In this document: one piece after another, positions 29,599 to 38,420 of the stretch
Layout of the letters: the number at the start of each line of letters is the position of its first letter
How positions within the stretch are numbered: the first letter of the stretch is position 1
DNA from: Thermoanaerobaculia bacterium
GTDB taxonomy: Bacteria; Acidobacteriota; Thermoanaerobaculia; Multivoradales; Multivoraceae
Assembly: GCA_963666565.1 (NCBI GenBank)
Contig: OY762911.1
Coordinates: 1,792,001-1,856,000, forward strand
DNA length: 64,000 bases
Direction: 5' to 3'
Translations under genes and position numbers: made by a program
The notes under the pieces: model-generated
The model's input: only the letters and a program-made list of their open reading frames with translations
The model's database searches: none
Told to the model about the DNA's origin: nothing

Positions 29599-30819
29599 CT
29601 ACCAGTTGTGCGAGTCTTCGTCGTAGACGGTGTCCGGCAGGGCGAAGGACAGCCGGGACTCGCCCAGGTCCGAGACGTCGAGCATGTCGCTGAACTTGGC
29701 GAACGCCGCGCGGGAGCGCCAACCCGGCACGATCCTGGACCCGACTCTGTTCGCGAAGTTGCGCACGCGAATCAGCGGCACCTCGCCCAGCAGCTTGCCG
29801 GGCGGATAGCGGAAGTCCTCCGCCAGCTTGTTGCCGATCAGCTCCCGGGACACCTGGTACATGAACTGCGCCTTGTCGCGCCGTCCCGGGTCCTCCGCGA
29901 ACCCGAGCAGGATCGGCGCGCTGTTGACGATGCTGTTCGCCATGATGATCGCGTCGTCGTCGCGGGGGGGCTCGCACGCGAGACCGATCTCGAAGGTCCT
30001 GATCGCCGAGGCGAAGTCGGTGAACAGGATCGACTCCGGCACCCCCATGATCTTCGCGGTGTATCTCCAGACGTGGACGTAGCCCTCCCGCTCCTCGTCG
30101 GTGAAATTGCCGCCGAGCCTCGCGACGTGCTGCATCAGCCGGCCGGAGAATGTGGCGGCGCCGAGCAGCATGTGGGCCGTGCTGAGGGGCAGGCCGTACG
30201 TGTCCTCGTCCCATTCGTCCGATCCCTTGACGAGCATCCGGGCCTGGGCATGGACGAGTCGGATGCGGAGGCTCAGGCGCCAGCCGTCGCCGCCGGGCTC
30301 GAGTCCTCCGGGCATGAACTGCTCGACGAGCTGGAGGAGGTTCTGCTTGAGCCGGCGCACTCCGTTCTCGGTGATGCGGCTTCGGATGCGGAAGGACTTG
30401 CTGATCAGCGTGGAGAAGCCCTCGATGATCGCTCCGCCCACCAAACCCCCCAGGACCATGTCCGAGTTGCGGAGAAAGCCCTTCGTGCCCTCGAGCGCGA
30501 GGTCCGGCTCGAACCACTCCGGCGTCCGGCCCGCTTCGGCGATCAGGTTCCTCAGCGACTCCGGCGTGTCGGCGGGCAGGTCGTGGTGGTTGTTGACCGA
30601 CTTCGCGATGATGCCGTGTACCTGCGGGGGCGTCGCGGTTTCGGCCAGTTCGGCGACGACGGCGTCGGCGACGGGGTCGCCGACCGTGGTGTGGCGGATG
30701 TAGATGTCCGCCAGTGCGGGATCCAGCTCTCGAGCCGCCTGGTAGCCCTCGACGTAGCAGGACGGGATGTCCGCGGTCGGCACGGTCTCGGGGGCGCGGA
30801 TGAGGGAGGGGGCGCTCAT
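29599..30819 (-). CDS. MpaB/Lcp-like oxygenase family protein (paralog of the adjacent gene)
   Basis: Same motifs as the adjacent gene, with long identical stretches such as FLRNSDMVL..LVGGAIIEGFSTLISKSFRIR. Confidence 0.8.
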   Translation of the reverse strand: MSAPSLIRAPETVPTADIPSCYVEGYQAARELDPALADIYIRHTTVGDPVADAVVAELAETATPPQVHGIIAKSVNNHHDLPADTPESLRNLIAEAGRTPEWFEPDLALEGTKGFLRNSDMVLGGLVGGAIIEGFSTLISKSFRIRSRITENGVRRLKQNLLQLVEQFMPGGLEPGGDGWRLSLRIRLVHAQARMLVKGSDEWDEDTYGLPLSTAHMLLGAATFSGRLMQHVARLGGNFTDEEREGYVHVWRYTAKIMGVPESILFTDFASAIRTFEIGLACEPPRDDDAIIMANSIVNSAPILLGFAEDPGRRDKAQFMYQVSRELIGNKLAEDFRYPPGKLLGEVPLIRVRNFANRVGSRIVPGWRSRAAFAKFSDMLDVSDLGESRLSFALPDTVYDEDSHNW

Positions 30820-30840
30820 GTCAGCCGGCTGGCCGAGAAC

Positions 30841-32067
30841 TCAGGACCCTGCGTCGGTCTCGGTCCGCACCGCCATGCCTTCCGTCGCGAAGGCGATGCC
30901 GCCGACGACGACCGCTTGGCCGGCGTCGAGGCCGCCGATCACGAACACCGTTCCGTCCGACCGCTGCAGGACGCGTACGGGCACGATTGTAACCCTGCCG
31001 TCGCGGACTGCCCAGACTTCGTTGCCGGGTCGAAGCGCCGGCCGCCGCAGCTTGAAGTAGCGCTCGGGCGCCACGCCCGCCAGTTCCACGTCGACGAACT
31101 TGCCGACGAGCAGCGGCGGCCCGCCGGTCGCTTCCGCCTCCTCGCCGTCGGCCCGCGACCCGGCGCCGGCGGCGAAGGGGCTCGGCACGCGCACGATGAC
31201 GTCGATCGTCCGGGTCTGCTCGTCGAGCGAGGCCTCGGCCCGGTCGACGTAGCCGTCCCAGGCGTACTCGTCGTCTCCATAGTCGGCGACCACGCGGGCG
31301 GCGATCCGGCGGTCCGGATCTCCGGCCGCCAGTTCCCAGAGGCCGGGGAGCAGCGCCGCCTCCTGGTCGGAGAGCGGAACGACGACCTCGACCGCGTCGG
31401 AGGCGTACAGCCGGGCGACCTCCTGGCCGGTGGCGACGAACTGCCCCACGTCGACCGATTCGCTCCGCACGACGCCGGTGAAGGGCGCCCGAATCTCGGT
31501 CCGGGCGACGTCGAGTTCGGCCTGTTCGAGGATCGCCCGGTCGCGCGCCAGCGCCGCCTCCGCGGCCTCGGTCTGGGGCTGCCAGAGCGCCAGCGGGTTC
31601 GCGGCCTCGCCGCCGCCGTCGCCTCCGCCGGCCTGGCGCTGCCTGTACTGCTCGTACTGTGCCCGCGCCACCTCGGCCTCTTCAGTCACCTTGAGCAGTT
31701 CCAGGCGCTGGAGAGCCACCTGCGCGCGGGCCTGTTCCACCCGGCTGCGATAGTCGGCGTCCTCGAGGCGGAAGAGCGGCTGGCCTTCGCTCACCCGGCC
31801 GCCGCTCTGGAAGCCGGGATCGACCCATGCGACCCTGCCGCTCACCTGGGCGGCGACGCCGATCTCGGCGGTGGGGCGGACGGTGCCGGCGCCGTGGACG
31901 GCGATGGACCCCTCGCCGGCTTCCACGGCGGCCGTCGCGGCGAAGGGAACGGGGGAGGGCGCGGGCCTGCGTTCGGGCTCGGGTCTGCTGGAGACCATGA
32001 ACGCGGCCAGGGCCAGCGACCCGATCAGGATGGCGACGGCTACGAGCCAGCCGGTTCGTCGACTCAT
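30841..32067 (-). CDS. RND efflux periplasmic adaptor (membrane fusion protein)
   Basis: N-terminal TM segment; AQVSGRV, RTEIRAPFTGVV and LL.G.FV.VE. Confidence 0.92.
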   Translation of the reverse strand: MSRRTGWLVAVAILIGSLALAAFMVSSRPEPERRPAPSPVPFAATAAVEAGEGSIAVHGAGTVRPTAEIGVAAQVSGRVAWVDPGFQSGGRVSEGQPLFRLEDADYRSRVEQARAQVALQRLELLKVTEEAEVARAQYEQYRQRQAGGGDGGGEAANPLALWQPQTEAAEAALARDRAILEQAELDVARTEIRAPFTGVVRSESVDVGQFVATGQEVARLYASDAVEVVVPLSDQEAALLPGLWELAAGDPDRRIAARVVADYGDDEYAWDGYVDRAEASLDEQTRTIDVIVRVPSPFAAGAGSRADGEEAEATGGPPLLVGKFVDVELAGVAPERYFKLRRPALRPGNEVWAVRDGRVTIVPVRVLQRSDGTVFVIGGLDAGQAVVVGGIAFATEGMAVRTETDAGS

Positions 32068-32220
32068 GTTCTCGCTCTATTCACTCGGTGGCCTGACGAG
32101 CGTTGGACGTTAGCACGGGCGCGGTCCGGCGGCGGACGCGGCGGCGCCGCTCCCGCCGGCCCCTCCGTTCGAGCCGTCCCGACGGCTGCGTTCCGCGGCG
32201 CAAGCCCGTAGACTGTGGCC

Positions 32221-33264
32221 ATGGCGGCCGGCGCGAACATTCCTCCCGTGCTCGTCCTCAGCACCGGTCGCTGCGGATCGACGATGATCTCGGACGTCCT
32301 GCGCCTGCATCCGGCGATCCTGAGCGTCTCGGAGTTCTTCTCCGCGTACCAGATGAGCCTGTTCGGCAAGCGCCGGCCGAGCGGCGACGACATGTGGCGC
32401 CTCTACAGCGTCCAGTCGCGCCGGACGCGCCTCGCGCTGCGCGAACCGTTCAGCGAACTCCTCTACCCGTTCGACGACCCCGGCGCCCGCTACAGCCGGA
32501 CGACGGTGCCGCCGATCATGGCCATCACGCTGCCGCACCTGACCGACCGGTACGAAGAACTGTACGAGGAACTGGCGCCGGTCGTCCGCGGGCAGCCGCG
32601 CCAGTCGCCGGCGGACCACTACCGGGCGCACTTCTCCTGGCTGATGGAGCGGCTCGACCGGAAGGTCTGGGTGGAGCGATCGGGCGGTTCCCTGCTGGTC
32701 TCGCCGCTGGTGCTCCGCAACTTCCCCGAGGCCCGGGTCGTCCACGTGTACCGCGACGGACGGGACACGGCCATCTCGCTGAGCGGCCATCCCGCGTTCC
32801 GGGGACTGCTGGCCAAGGCGCGCACGATTCGCCGCCTGGGCATCGATCCGGTCGCCTCCATGCCCCTGGTGCAGCGCTTCAACCGGCTGGGCTACTGGCT
32901 CGACAACCTGTCGGACCGGTTCATCGACATCGAACGCCTGCCGTACGACGAGGTGACGCTGGCCGACTTCGGCGCATTCTGGTCCAGGCTGATCCTGATC
33001 GGCCACCGGACCTTCGGGAGATTCGGGCCCGACCGCTTGCTGAACGTGAAGTTCGAGGAGGTCCAGGCGCATCCGGAGCGCGAACTGAAGCGCCTGATCC
33101 GGTTCATCTCCCCGGAACTCGACGACGACGCCTGGCTGCGCGAGGCCGCCGCGATACCCCGGCCGACGACCCGGTCCCGCTTCGACCGGCTCGACGCCGC
33201 GCAGCAGGCGGCCGTCACCGAGGCTTGCCGTCCCGGTCTGGAACTGCTCGGCTACCCCTTCTAG
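32221..33264 (+). CDS. PAPS-dependent sulfotransferase
   Basis: 5'-PSB motif STGRCGSTM, 3'-PB motif RDGRDTAIS, KFEE and C-terminal LLGY. Confidence 0.85.
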   Translation: MAAGANIPPVLVLSTGRCGSTMISDVLRLHPAILSVSEFFSAYQMSLFGKRRPSGDDMWRLYSVQSRRTRLALREPFSELLYPFDDPGARYSRTTVPPIMAITLPHLTDRYEELYEELAPVVRGQPRQSPADHYRAHFSWLMERLDRKVWVERSGGSLLVSPLVLRNFPEARVVHVYRDGRDTAISLSGHPAFRGLLAKARTIRRLGIDPVASMPLVQRFNRLGYWLDNLSDRFIDIERLPYDEVTLADFGAFWSRLILIGHRTFGRFGPDRLLNVKFEEVQAHPERELKRLIRFISPELDDDAWLREAAAIPRPTTRSRFDRLDAAQQAAVTEACRPGLELLGYPF

Positions 33265-33303
33265 CGTCGTCGGCCGGAACGCCGCGGGCGGCCGGGCGGC
33301 CGG

Positions 33304-34704
33304 CTACGTCAGCTCTTCCACCCTCACCCGCAGACCGCCCTCGATCCGGTAGGGCATCGGGTTCATCCGCCCGTCGGGGCGGGCCGGCCCGTCGGCGAGC
33401 GGCTGGAGCCGCCACCGCTGAGCGAGCGCGGCGAGGAAGTAGACGCCGAGCCGGACGGAGAACTCGTCGCCCAGGCAGATCCGGAAGCCGTAGCCGAACG
33501 GCTGGTAGGCGTGGGCCGGGGGAGGGGCGCCTTCGGCCAGCCAGCGCTCCGGCCTGAATTCCTCGGGCCGTTCGAAGAACCGCTCCGACCGATGAACCGC
33601 GGGGACCGACGGGAGCATCCTCGTCCCCGCCGGAATCAGGCAGCCGCCGAAGACCAGATCCGCGGAGGCCTTCTTGTCGGCCAGGGCGATGGGCGAGAGC
33701 CGCAGGCTCTCCTTCAGCACCGCCAGCGTCCAGGGGAGCCGCTCGCGGTCGGTGACTTCCACGGGGCCGCCCCCGAGGACATCCGCGACCTCCCGTTCCA
33801 GGCGCTGCCGGTTCGCCGGACTCCAGGCAAGGAAGTCGATGCACCAACTGAGGCAGTACGCCACCGGCCCCATGATCCCGATGAGGAACCCGTACAGTTC
33901 GTCGCGGAGTTCCCGGTCGGTGAAGGGCCGCTCTCCCTCGCGTCCTCGCACCACCCGGCTGATCAGGTCGCCGCCGCGCCACTCGGGGTCGCGGGAGCGC
34001 CGGATGGCGCGGTCGATCAGGCGGTCGAAGTCGGCGAAGCGCCGTCTGGCGCGGAGGATGCCAGGAATGGGAAGTCTCCTGAACACCTCGGTCAAGGGCA
34101 GAACTCCGGCGATTCCCTCCCACTTGAGCGAATCGCGGACCTTCAGCGGCGCTTCGGGGTCGGGTTCGAGGTCCGGGCCGAAGATCACGTTCGCCATCAG
34201 ATCGCTCATCATGGCCATGAACGCCGGATGCGTGTCGACGACGTCGCCCGGACGCCAGCTATCGAGCAGCGCGACGCTCTTGTCGATCATCATGGGGGAC
34301 CAGCAGTCCATGCCCTCGGCGAACGCGGGGCGCAGGTGGGCGCTGCGCCAGCGGTGCGCCTCGCCGTGCGATGCCTGCATCCAGGAGTGCTCGAGCAGCG
34401 GAATCTTCACTGCGGCCACACCCTGCTTGAAGTACCCGCCCTCGGTTGCCTGCAGCGCGGCGACGAGGTCCGGGTCGAACACCGCGCAGGCGTTCTCGTG
34501 CGGCATTCGGAAGAAGGCGAGGCCGCCGTAGCGGCGGTGCAGGTCGGCGAAGAAGTCGGGAAGATGGAAGAGCCGGGAGTGCAGGTTGCGGAACCTGCGT
34601 CCCTTCGGGCCGGGCGGCAGCGGCGTTTCGGCCCGCTCGCGTTCCGACGCCGCGCGGACCAGGCCGTCGAGGTCGGGGAGGCGGCCGTGGGGGCATGAGG
34701 GCAT
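33304..34704 (-). CDS. cytochrome P450 with an atypical I-helix
   Basis: PPGP, KESLR (ExxR), RPERW and heme motif PFGYGFRICLG. Confidence 0.92.
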   Translation of the reverse strand: MPSCPHGRLPDLDGLVRAASERERAETPLPPGPKGRRFRNLHSRLFHLPDFFADLHRRYGGLAFFRMPHENACAVFDPDLVAALQATEGGYFKQGVAAVKIPLLEHSWMQASHGEAHRWRSAHLRPAFAEGMDCWSPMMIDKSVALLDSWRPGDVVDTHPAFMAMMSDLMANVIFGPDLEPDPEAPLKVRDSLKWEGIAGVLPLTEVFRRLPIPGILRARRRFADFDRLIDRAIRRSRDPEWRGGDLISRVVRGREGERPFTDRELRDELYGFLIGIMGPVAYCLSWCIDFLAWSPANRQRLEREVADVLGGGPVEVTDRERLPWTLAVLKESLRLSPIALADKKASADLVFGGCLIPAGTRMLPSVPAVHRSERFFERPEEFRPERWLAEGAPPPAHAYQPFGYGFRICLGDEFSVRLGVYFLAALAQRWRLQPLADGPARPDGRMNPMPYRIEGGLRVRVEELT

Positions 34705-34809
34705 GACGGCGGTTCCTGTCGAGGCGGTACCCGGATGGCCGCGTTTGTGTCTTCGATGCCGCGCGGCCCCGTGCCGTGTTCTCGAACCTACCGGATCGCG
34801 GCCCGCCCC

Positions 34810-35052
34810 TCACTCCCCGCCGCGGGCGGCCGGGCGGCCGGCGTCCAGGTCGGCGTGCATGGCCGCGACGAGTTCCACCACCTCCGGGCGGGTCGGCCTG
34901 GCGCCCGGACCCTGCTCCTCGACGCGGTCCAGCGTGGCCCAGGCCAGCCGCACGGGCAACCCGGTGAAGCCGAGGTAGCCCCGCGGCGCGCCGTACGACG
35001 TGGGCCATGCCAATGCACGTCCGGCGCACGTGATCGCCGACGACCGCGCGCG
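34810..35052 (-). pseudogene. internally deleted, 5'-truncated copy of the squalene/phytoene synthase gene
   Basis: Encodes VVGDHVRRTCIGMAHVVRRA joined out of frame to GAPRGYLGFTGLPVRLAWATLDRVEEQGPG...DLDAGRPAA*. Both parts match 39937-40848. Confidence 0.9.
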
Positions 35053-35085
35053 ACTGCACTCCGGTGGGCCTGTATCGTGACGGGG

Positions 35086-38000
35086 ATGAACGAGAGTGCC
35101 TCGGGCGGGAGCGGCGGCCCGATCGGCTACATGGTCCGCAACGGCGTCGCGGCCAACCTGCTGATGGCGCTCATCGCGGCGATGGGGGTCCTCGGACTGA
35201 CGGGAATCGTGCAGGAGGCCTTTCCCCTGTTGCCGCAGGACGCGGTCGAAGTGCTCGTGGCCTACCCGGGCGCCGCGCCGGAGGACGTCGAGGAGTCGAT
35301 CGTCCTGCGGGTCGAGGAGGCGGTGGCGGGCTTCGACTGGGTCCGGGAGGTGACGGCGGTCGCCTCGGAAGGCGCGGCGTCCGTCATCCTGAAGCTGAAG
35401 GCCGGCACGGACGCCCGGCAAGCCGTGGGCGACGTCGAGGCCGCCGTCAACGGCATCCGCGGCTTCCCGGCCCGGGCGGAGCGCCCCGACGTTCGGGAGA
35501 TGACGAACCGGCAGAGCGTCATCCGCCTCGTCCTGTACGGCGACGTGTCGGAACGGACCCTCAAGGAACTGGCGTACCGCGCCGAGGACGAGATCGTGAA
35601 GTTGCCCGCCGTCTCCTCGACGGAGACGACCGGGGTGCGACCGTACGAGATCCTGATCGAGCCGCCGCTCCATCGCCTGCGGGCCCTCGGCCTGACCGTC
35701 GAGGACGTGGCCGCCGCCGTCCGCCGCGACTCCCTCGGCCGGGCGGCGGGCAGCATCGACACGCGGGACTCCGCGGTGCGGGTGCGGACCGCCGCGCGGG
35801 AAGTCACCCGCCAGGACTTCGAGGAGATCGTCCTGCTGCCGGCGGCCGACGGGACGATGGTGCGCCTGGGCGACGTGGCCGAAGTGCGGGACGGCTTCCG
35901 GGACGTCGCCACGCTCGCTCGTCACGACGGCCTGCCTGCCGCCTTCGTCGAAGTGCATCGATCCGCGGGAGAGCAGGTCCTGGACGTCGCGGCGGCGGTC
36001 GAGTCGTACGTCGAGGAACGGTTGGCGCCCTCCCTTCCGCCCGGCGTGGAGGCCACGGTGTGGAACAACGAGGCGGATCTCTTCCAGGACCGGCTCCGGA
36101 TCCTCGTGCAGAACGGCCTGCTCGGCCTCCTCCTCGTGCTCGTCGTGCTGGCGCTGTTCCTGGAGGTCCGAACGGCCGCCTGGACCGCCGCCGGCATCGT
36201 CGTTTCGTTCGCCGGAGCGCTGGCCGCCGCGTGGCTGCTCGACGTCTCCCTCAACACGAACTCGCTTCTCGGCTTCATTCTCGTTCTCGGCATGCTGGTC
36301 GACGACGCGGTCGTCGTCGCGGAGCACGTCCACGCCGAGCGGTCGAGCGGCCTCCCCGCGACGATGGCCGCGACCGAGGGCGCCCGGCGCATCGCGAGGC
36401 CTCTCGTCTTCACCGTGCTGACCACGGTGATCGCCTTCGTGCCGCTCCTGTTCGTGCCGGGACCCGCCGGCAAGCTGATGAACAACGTGGCCACCATCAT
36501 GATCGCCGCGCTCGTCGTCTCCCTGATCGACTCGCTGTTCGTCCTGCCCGGGCATCTGGCTCGGATTCCGGCGTCCGGGTCGCCGCGCAACCCGGCGACG
36601 CGAGTCCTCAAGGCGGTCCGCGGCGGCTTGGAGCGCCAGTTGGCCCGGTTCGTCGAAGGCCCCCTGGACCGTGCCCTGCGCCTGGCGACCGAACACCCGG
36701 CGCCGGTGATCGCCGGCGGCATCGCCGTGACGGCGCTCGTCGTCGCCCTCGTTCCGGCGGGGTTCATCGAGGTGGTCTTCCTTCCACCCGTGGACAGCGA
36801 CATCGTGACGGCCGTGCTGGAGATGCCGGAGGGCACGCCCCCCGGTGCAACGGAGGAGGCGGCGAGCCAGGTGGAGGCCGCGGGCCGGCGCGCCCTTGGC
36901 CGCCTCGAGGCGGATCGAGGGCTGCCGGCCGGGACCCTGTTCGGCGGGACTCTCCGGACGATCGGCGTACCGAGGCGGAACTTCGGCGGCAACGCCATCC
37001 TGGACGCCAACCTCCGGCCGCCGGCCAACCTCGCCACGGTCGAGTTCAAGCTGACCGGGAGCGGCGGACGGGATGCGAGCTCGTCCGCCTTCGTGGAGAC
37101 GTGGCGCGAGGAAGCGGCGGCTCTCGCGGGACCGGGGCGCCTCGCCGTCAGCGCCACGCTGATCGACCTGGGCCCGCCGGTCTCGATCGATCTCTCGCAC
37201 CCGGATCCGGAGCGTCTCGCCTTCTTCGCCGAAGCCCTGACGGATGAACTCGGCGCGCTCCAGGGCGTTCACTCGGTGCGCTCGAGCCGCGCCGGCGGCG
37301 TGCGGGAGATCCAGCTCGGCCTGCGGCCGGAAGGCCGCGTCCTCGGCCTGACCGTGGACGACCTGGCCCGGCAGTTGCGTTCCGCGTTCTTCGGCGAGGA
37401 GGCGCTCCGGACGTGGCGCGGCCGCGAAGAAGTGCGCGTGCGCGTTCGCCTGCCGGCGGAGGAGCGCGACTCGGTCGGCGACGTCGAGTCGTACATGGTC
37501 CGGCTTCCGGGAGGCGACGCGGTCCCGCTCGGGCGCGTGGCGGAGGCGCGCTCCGCCCGGCTGCCCTCCTCGATCTCCCGCGCCGACGGCCGGCGGATCG
37601 TGACCGTGACGGCCGACGTCGATATCGGCGTGACCAGCGCGGGCGAAGTGCACGACGTGCTGGCCGGCGACATCCTGCCGAACCTCGTCGACGCCGATCC
37701 GGAGTTGACCTGGAACTTCGGCGGCCAGCAGCGGGAGCAGATCCAGACCTTCCAGCGTCTGCTGGCAGGCCTGCTGCTCGCGCTGGTGGCCATGTACGCG
37801 CTGCTGGCGGTGCCGCTCAGGTCCTACGCCCGGCCGCTGCTGATCATGGCGGTCGTTCCGTTCGGGATCGCCGGCGCCATCCTGGGCCACTGGATCGTCG
37901 GCATCAGCTTCAGCGCGCAGTCGATGCTCGGCATCCTCGGCGTCTCCGGGGTCGTCGTGAACGACTCGGTGATGATGCTCGACTTCATCGACGACCGTCT

Positions 38001-38253
38001 GCGCCGGGGCGTTCCGGCCGCCCAGGCGATCGTGGAGGGCGCCAAGGCGCGCTTCCGGCCGATCTTCCTGACCTCGCTGACGACTTTTCTCGGCTTCGCG
38101 CCGATGATCTTCGAGCGCAGCCCGCAGGCGCAGCTCGTCGTGCCGCCGGCCGTCTCGATGGGTTTCGGCCTGGCCTTCGCGACCGCGGTCCTGATGCTGG
38201 TCCTGCCGGCGCTCGCCGCCGTCGGCTTCGGGGCGGCCCGGGGCGGGCGCTAG
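35086..38253 (+). CDS. RND efflux permease (AcrB family)
   Basis: NGVAANLLM, YPGAAPEDVEE, GMLVDDAVVV.E, GVVVNDS and RFRPIFLTSLTT. Confidence 0.93.
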   Translation: MNESASGGSGGPIGYMVRNGVAANLLMALIAAMGVLGLTGIVQEAFPLLPQDAVEVLVAYPGAAPEDVEESIVLRVEEAVAGFDWVREVTAVASEGAASVILKLKAGTDARQAVGDVEAAVNGIRGFPARAERPDVREMTNRQSVIRLVLYGDVSERTLKELAYRAEDEIVKLPAVSSTETTGVRPYEILIEPPLHRLRALGLTVEDVAAAVRRDSLGRAAGSIDTRDSAVRVRTAAREVTRQDFEEIVLLPAADGTMVRLGDVAEVRDGFRDVATLARHDGLPAAFVEVHRSAGEQVLDVAAAVESYVEERLAPSLPPGVEATVWNNEADLFQDRLRILVQNGLLGLLLVLVVLALFLEVRTAAWTAAGIVVSFAGALAAAWLLDVSLNTNSLLGFILVLGMLVDDAVVVAEHVHAERSSGLPATMAATEGARRIARPLVFTVLTTVIAFVPLLFVPGPAGKLMNNVATIMIAALVVSLIDSLFVLPGHLARIPASGSPRNPATRVLKAVRGGLERQLARFVEGPLDRALRLATEHPAPVIAGGIAVTALVVALVPAGFIEVVFLPPVDSDIVTAVLEMPEGTPPGATEEAASQVEAAGRRALGRLEADRGLPAGTLFGGTLRTIGVPRRNFGGNAILDANLRPPANLATVEFKLTGSGGRDASSSAFVETWREEAAALAGPGRLAVSATLIDLGPPVSIDLSHPDPERLAFFAEALTDELGALQGVHSVRSSRAGGVREIQLGLRPEGRVLGLTVDDLARQLRSAFFGEEALRTWRGREEVRVRVRLPAEERDSVGDVESYMVRLPGGDAVPLGRVAEARSARLPSSISRADGRRIVTVTADVDIGVTSAGEVHDVLAGDILPNLVDADPELTWNFGGQQREQIQTFQRLLAGLLLALVAMYALLAVPLRSYARPLLIMAVVPFGIAGAILGHWIVGISFSAQSMLGILGVSGVVVNDSVMMLDFIDDRLRRGVPAAQAIVEGAKARFRPIFLTSLTTFLGFAPMIFERSPQAQLVVPPAVSMGFGLAFATAVLMLVLPALAAVGFGAARGGR

Positions 38254-38272
38254 CGCGGCAGAAGTTCCAGAA

Positions 38273-38298
38273 GCCGGCGGGGACGACGGCGCACCCGG
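38273..38298 (-). repeat. REP-like palindrome copy
   Basis: Revcomp reads CCGGGTGC-GCCGTCG-TCCC-CGCCGGC. Confidence 0.6.
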
Positions 38299-38420
38299 TG
38301 TGCGGCACGGCGCGGGGCAGGCGCCAGCGCCTGCCAGCTAGCCGTATCAACCGAAGATGAAGAGCATGTGTCGTGACAGTGTTCTCTTGGTAGCTTTCGG
38401 CCATGAGCTTCCGGTCGTCG

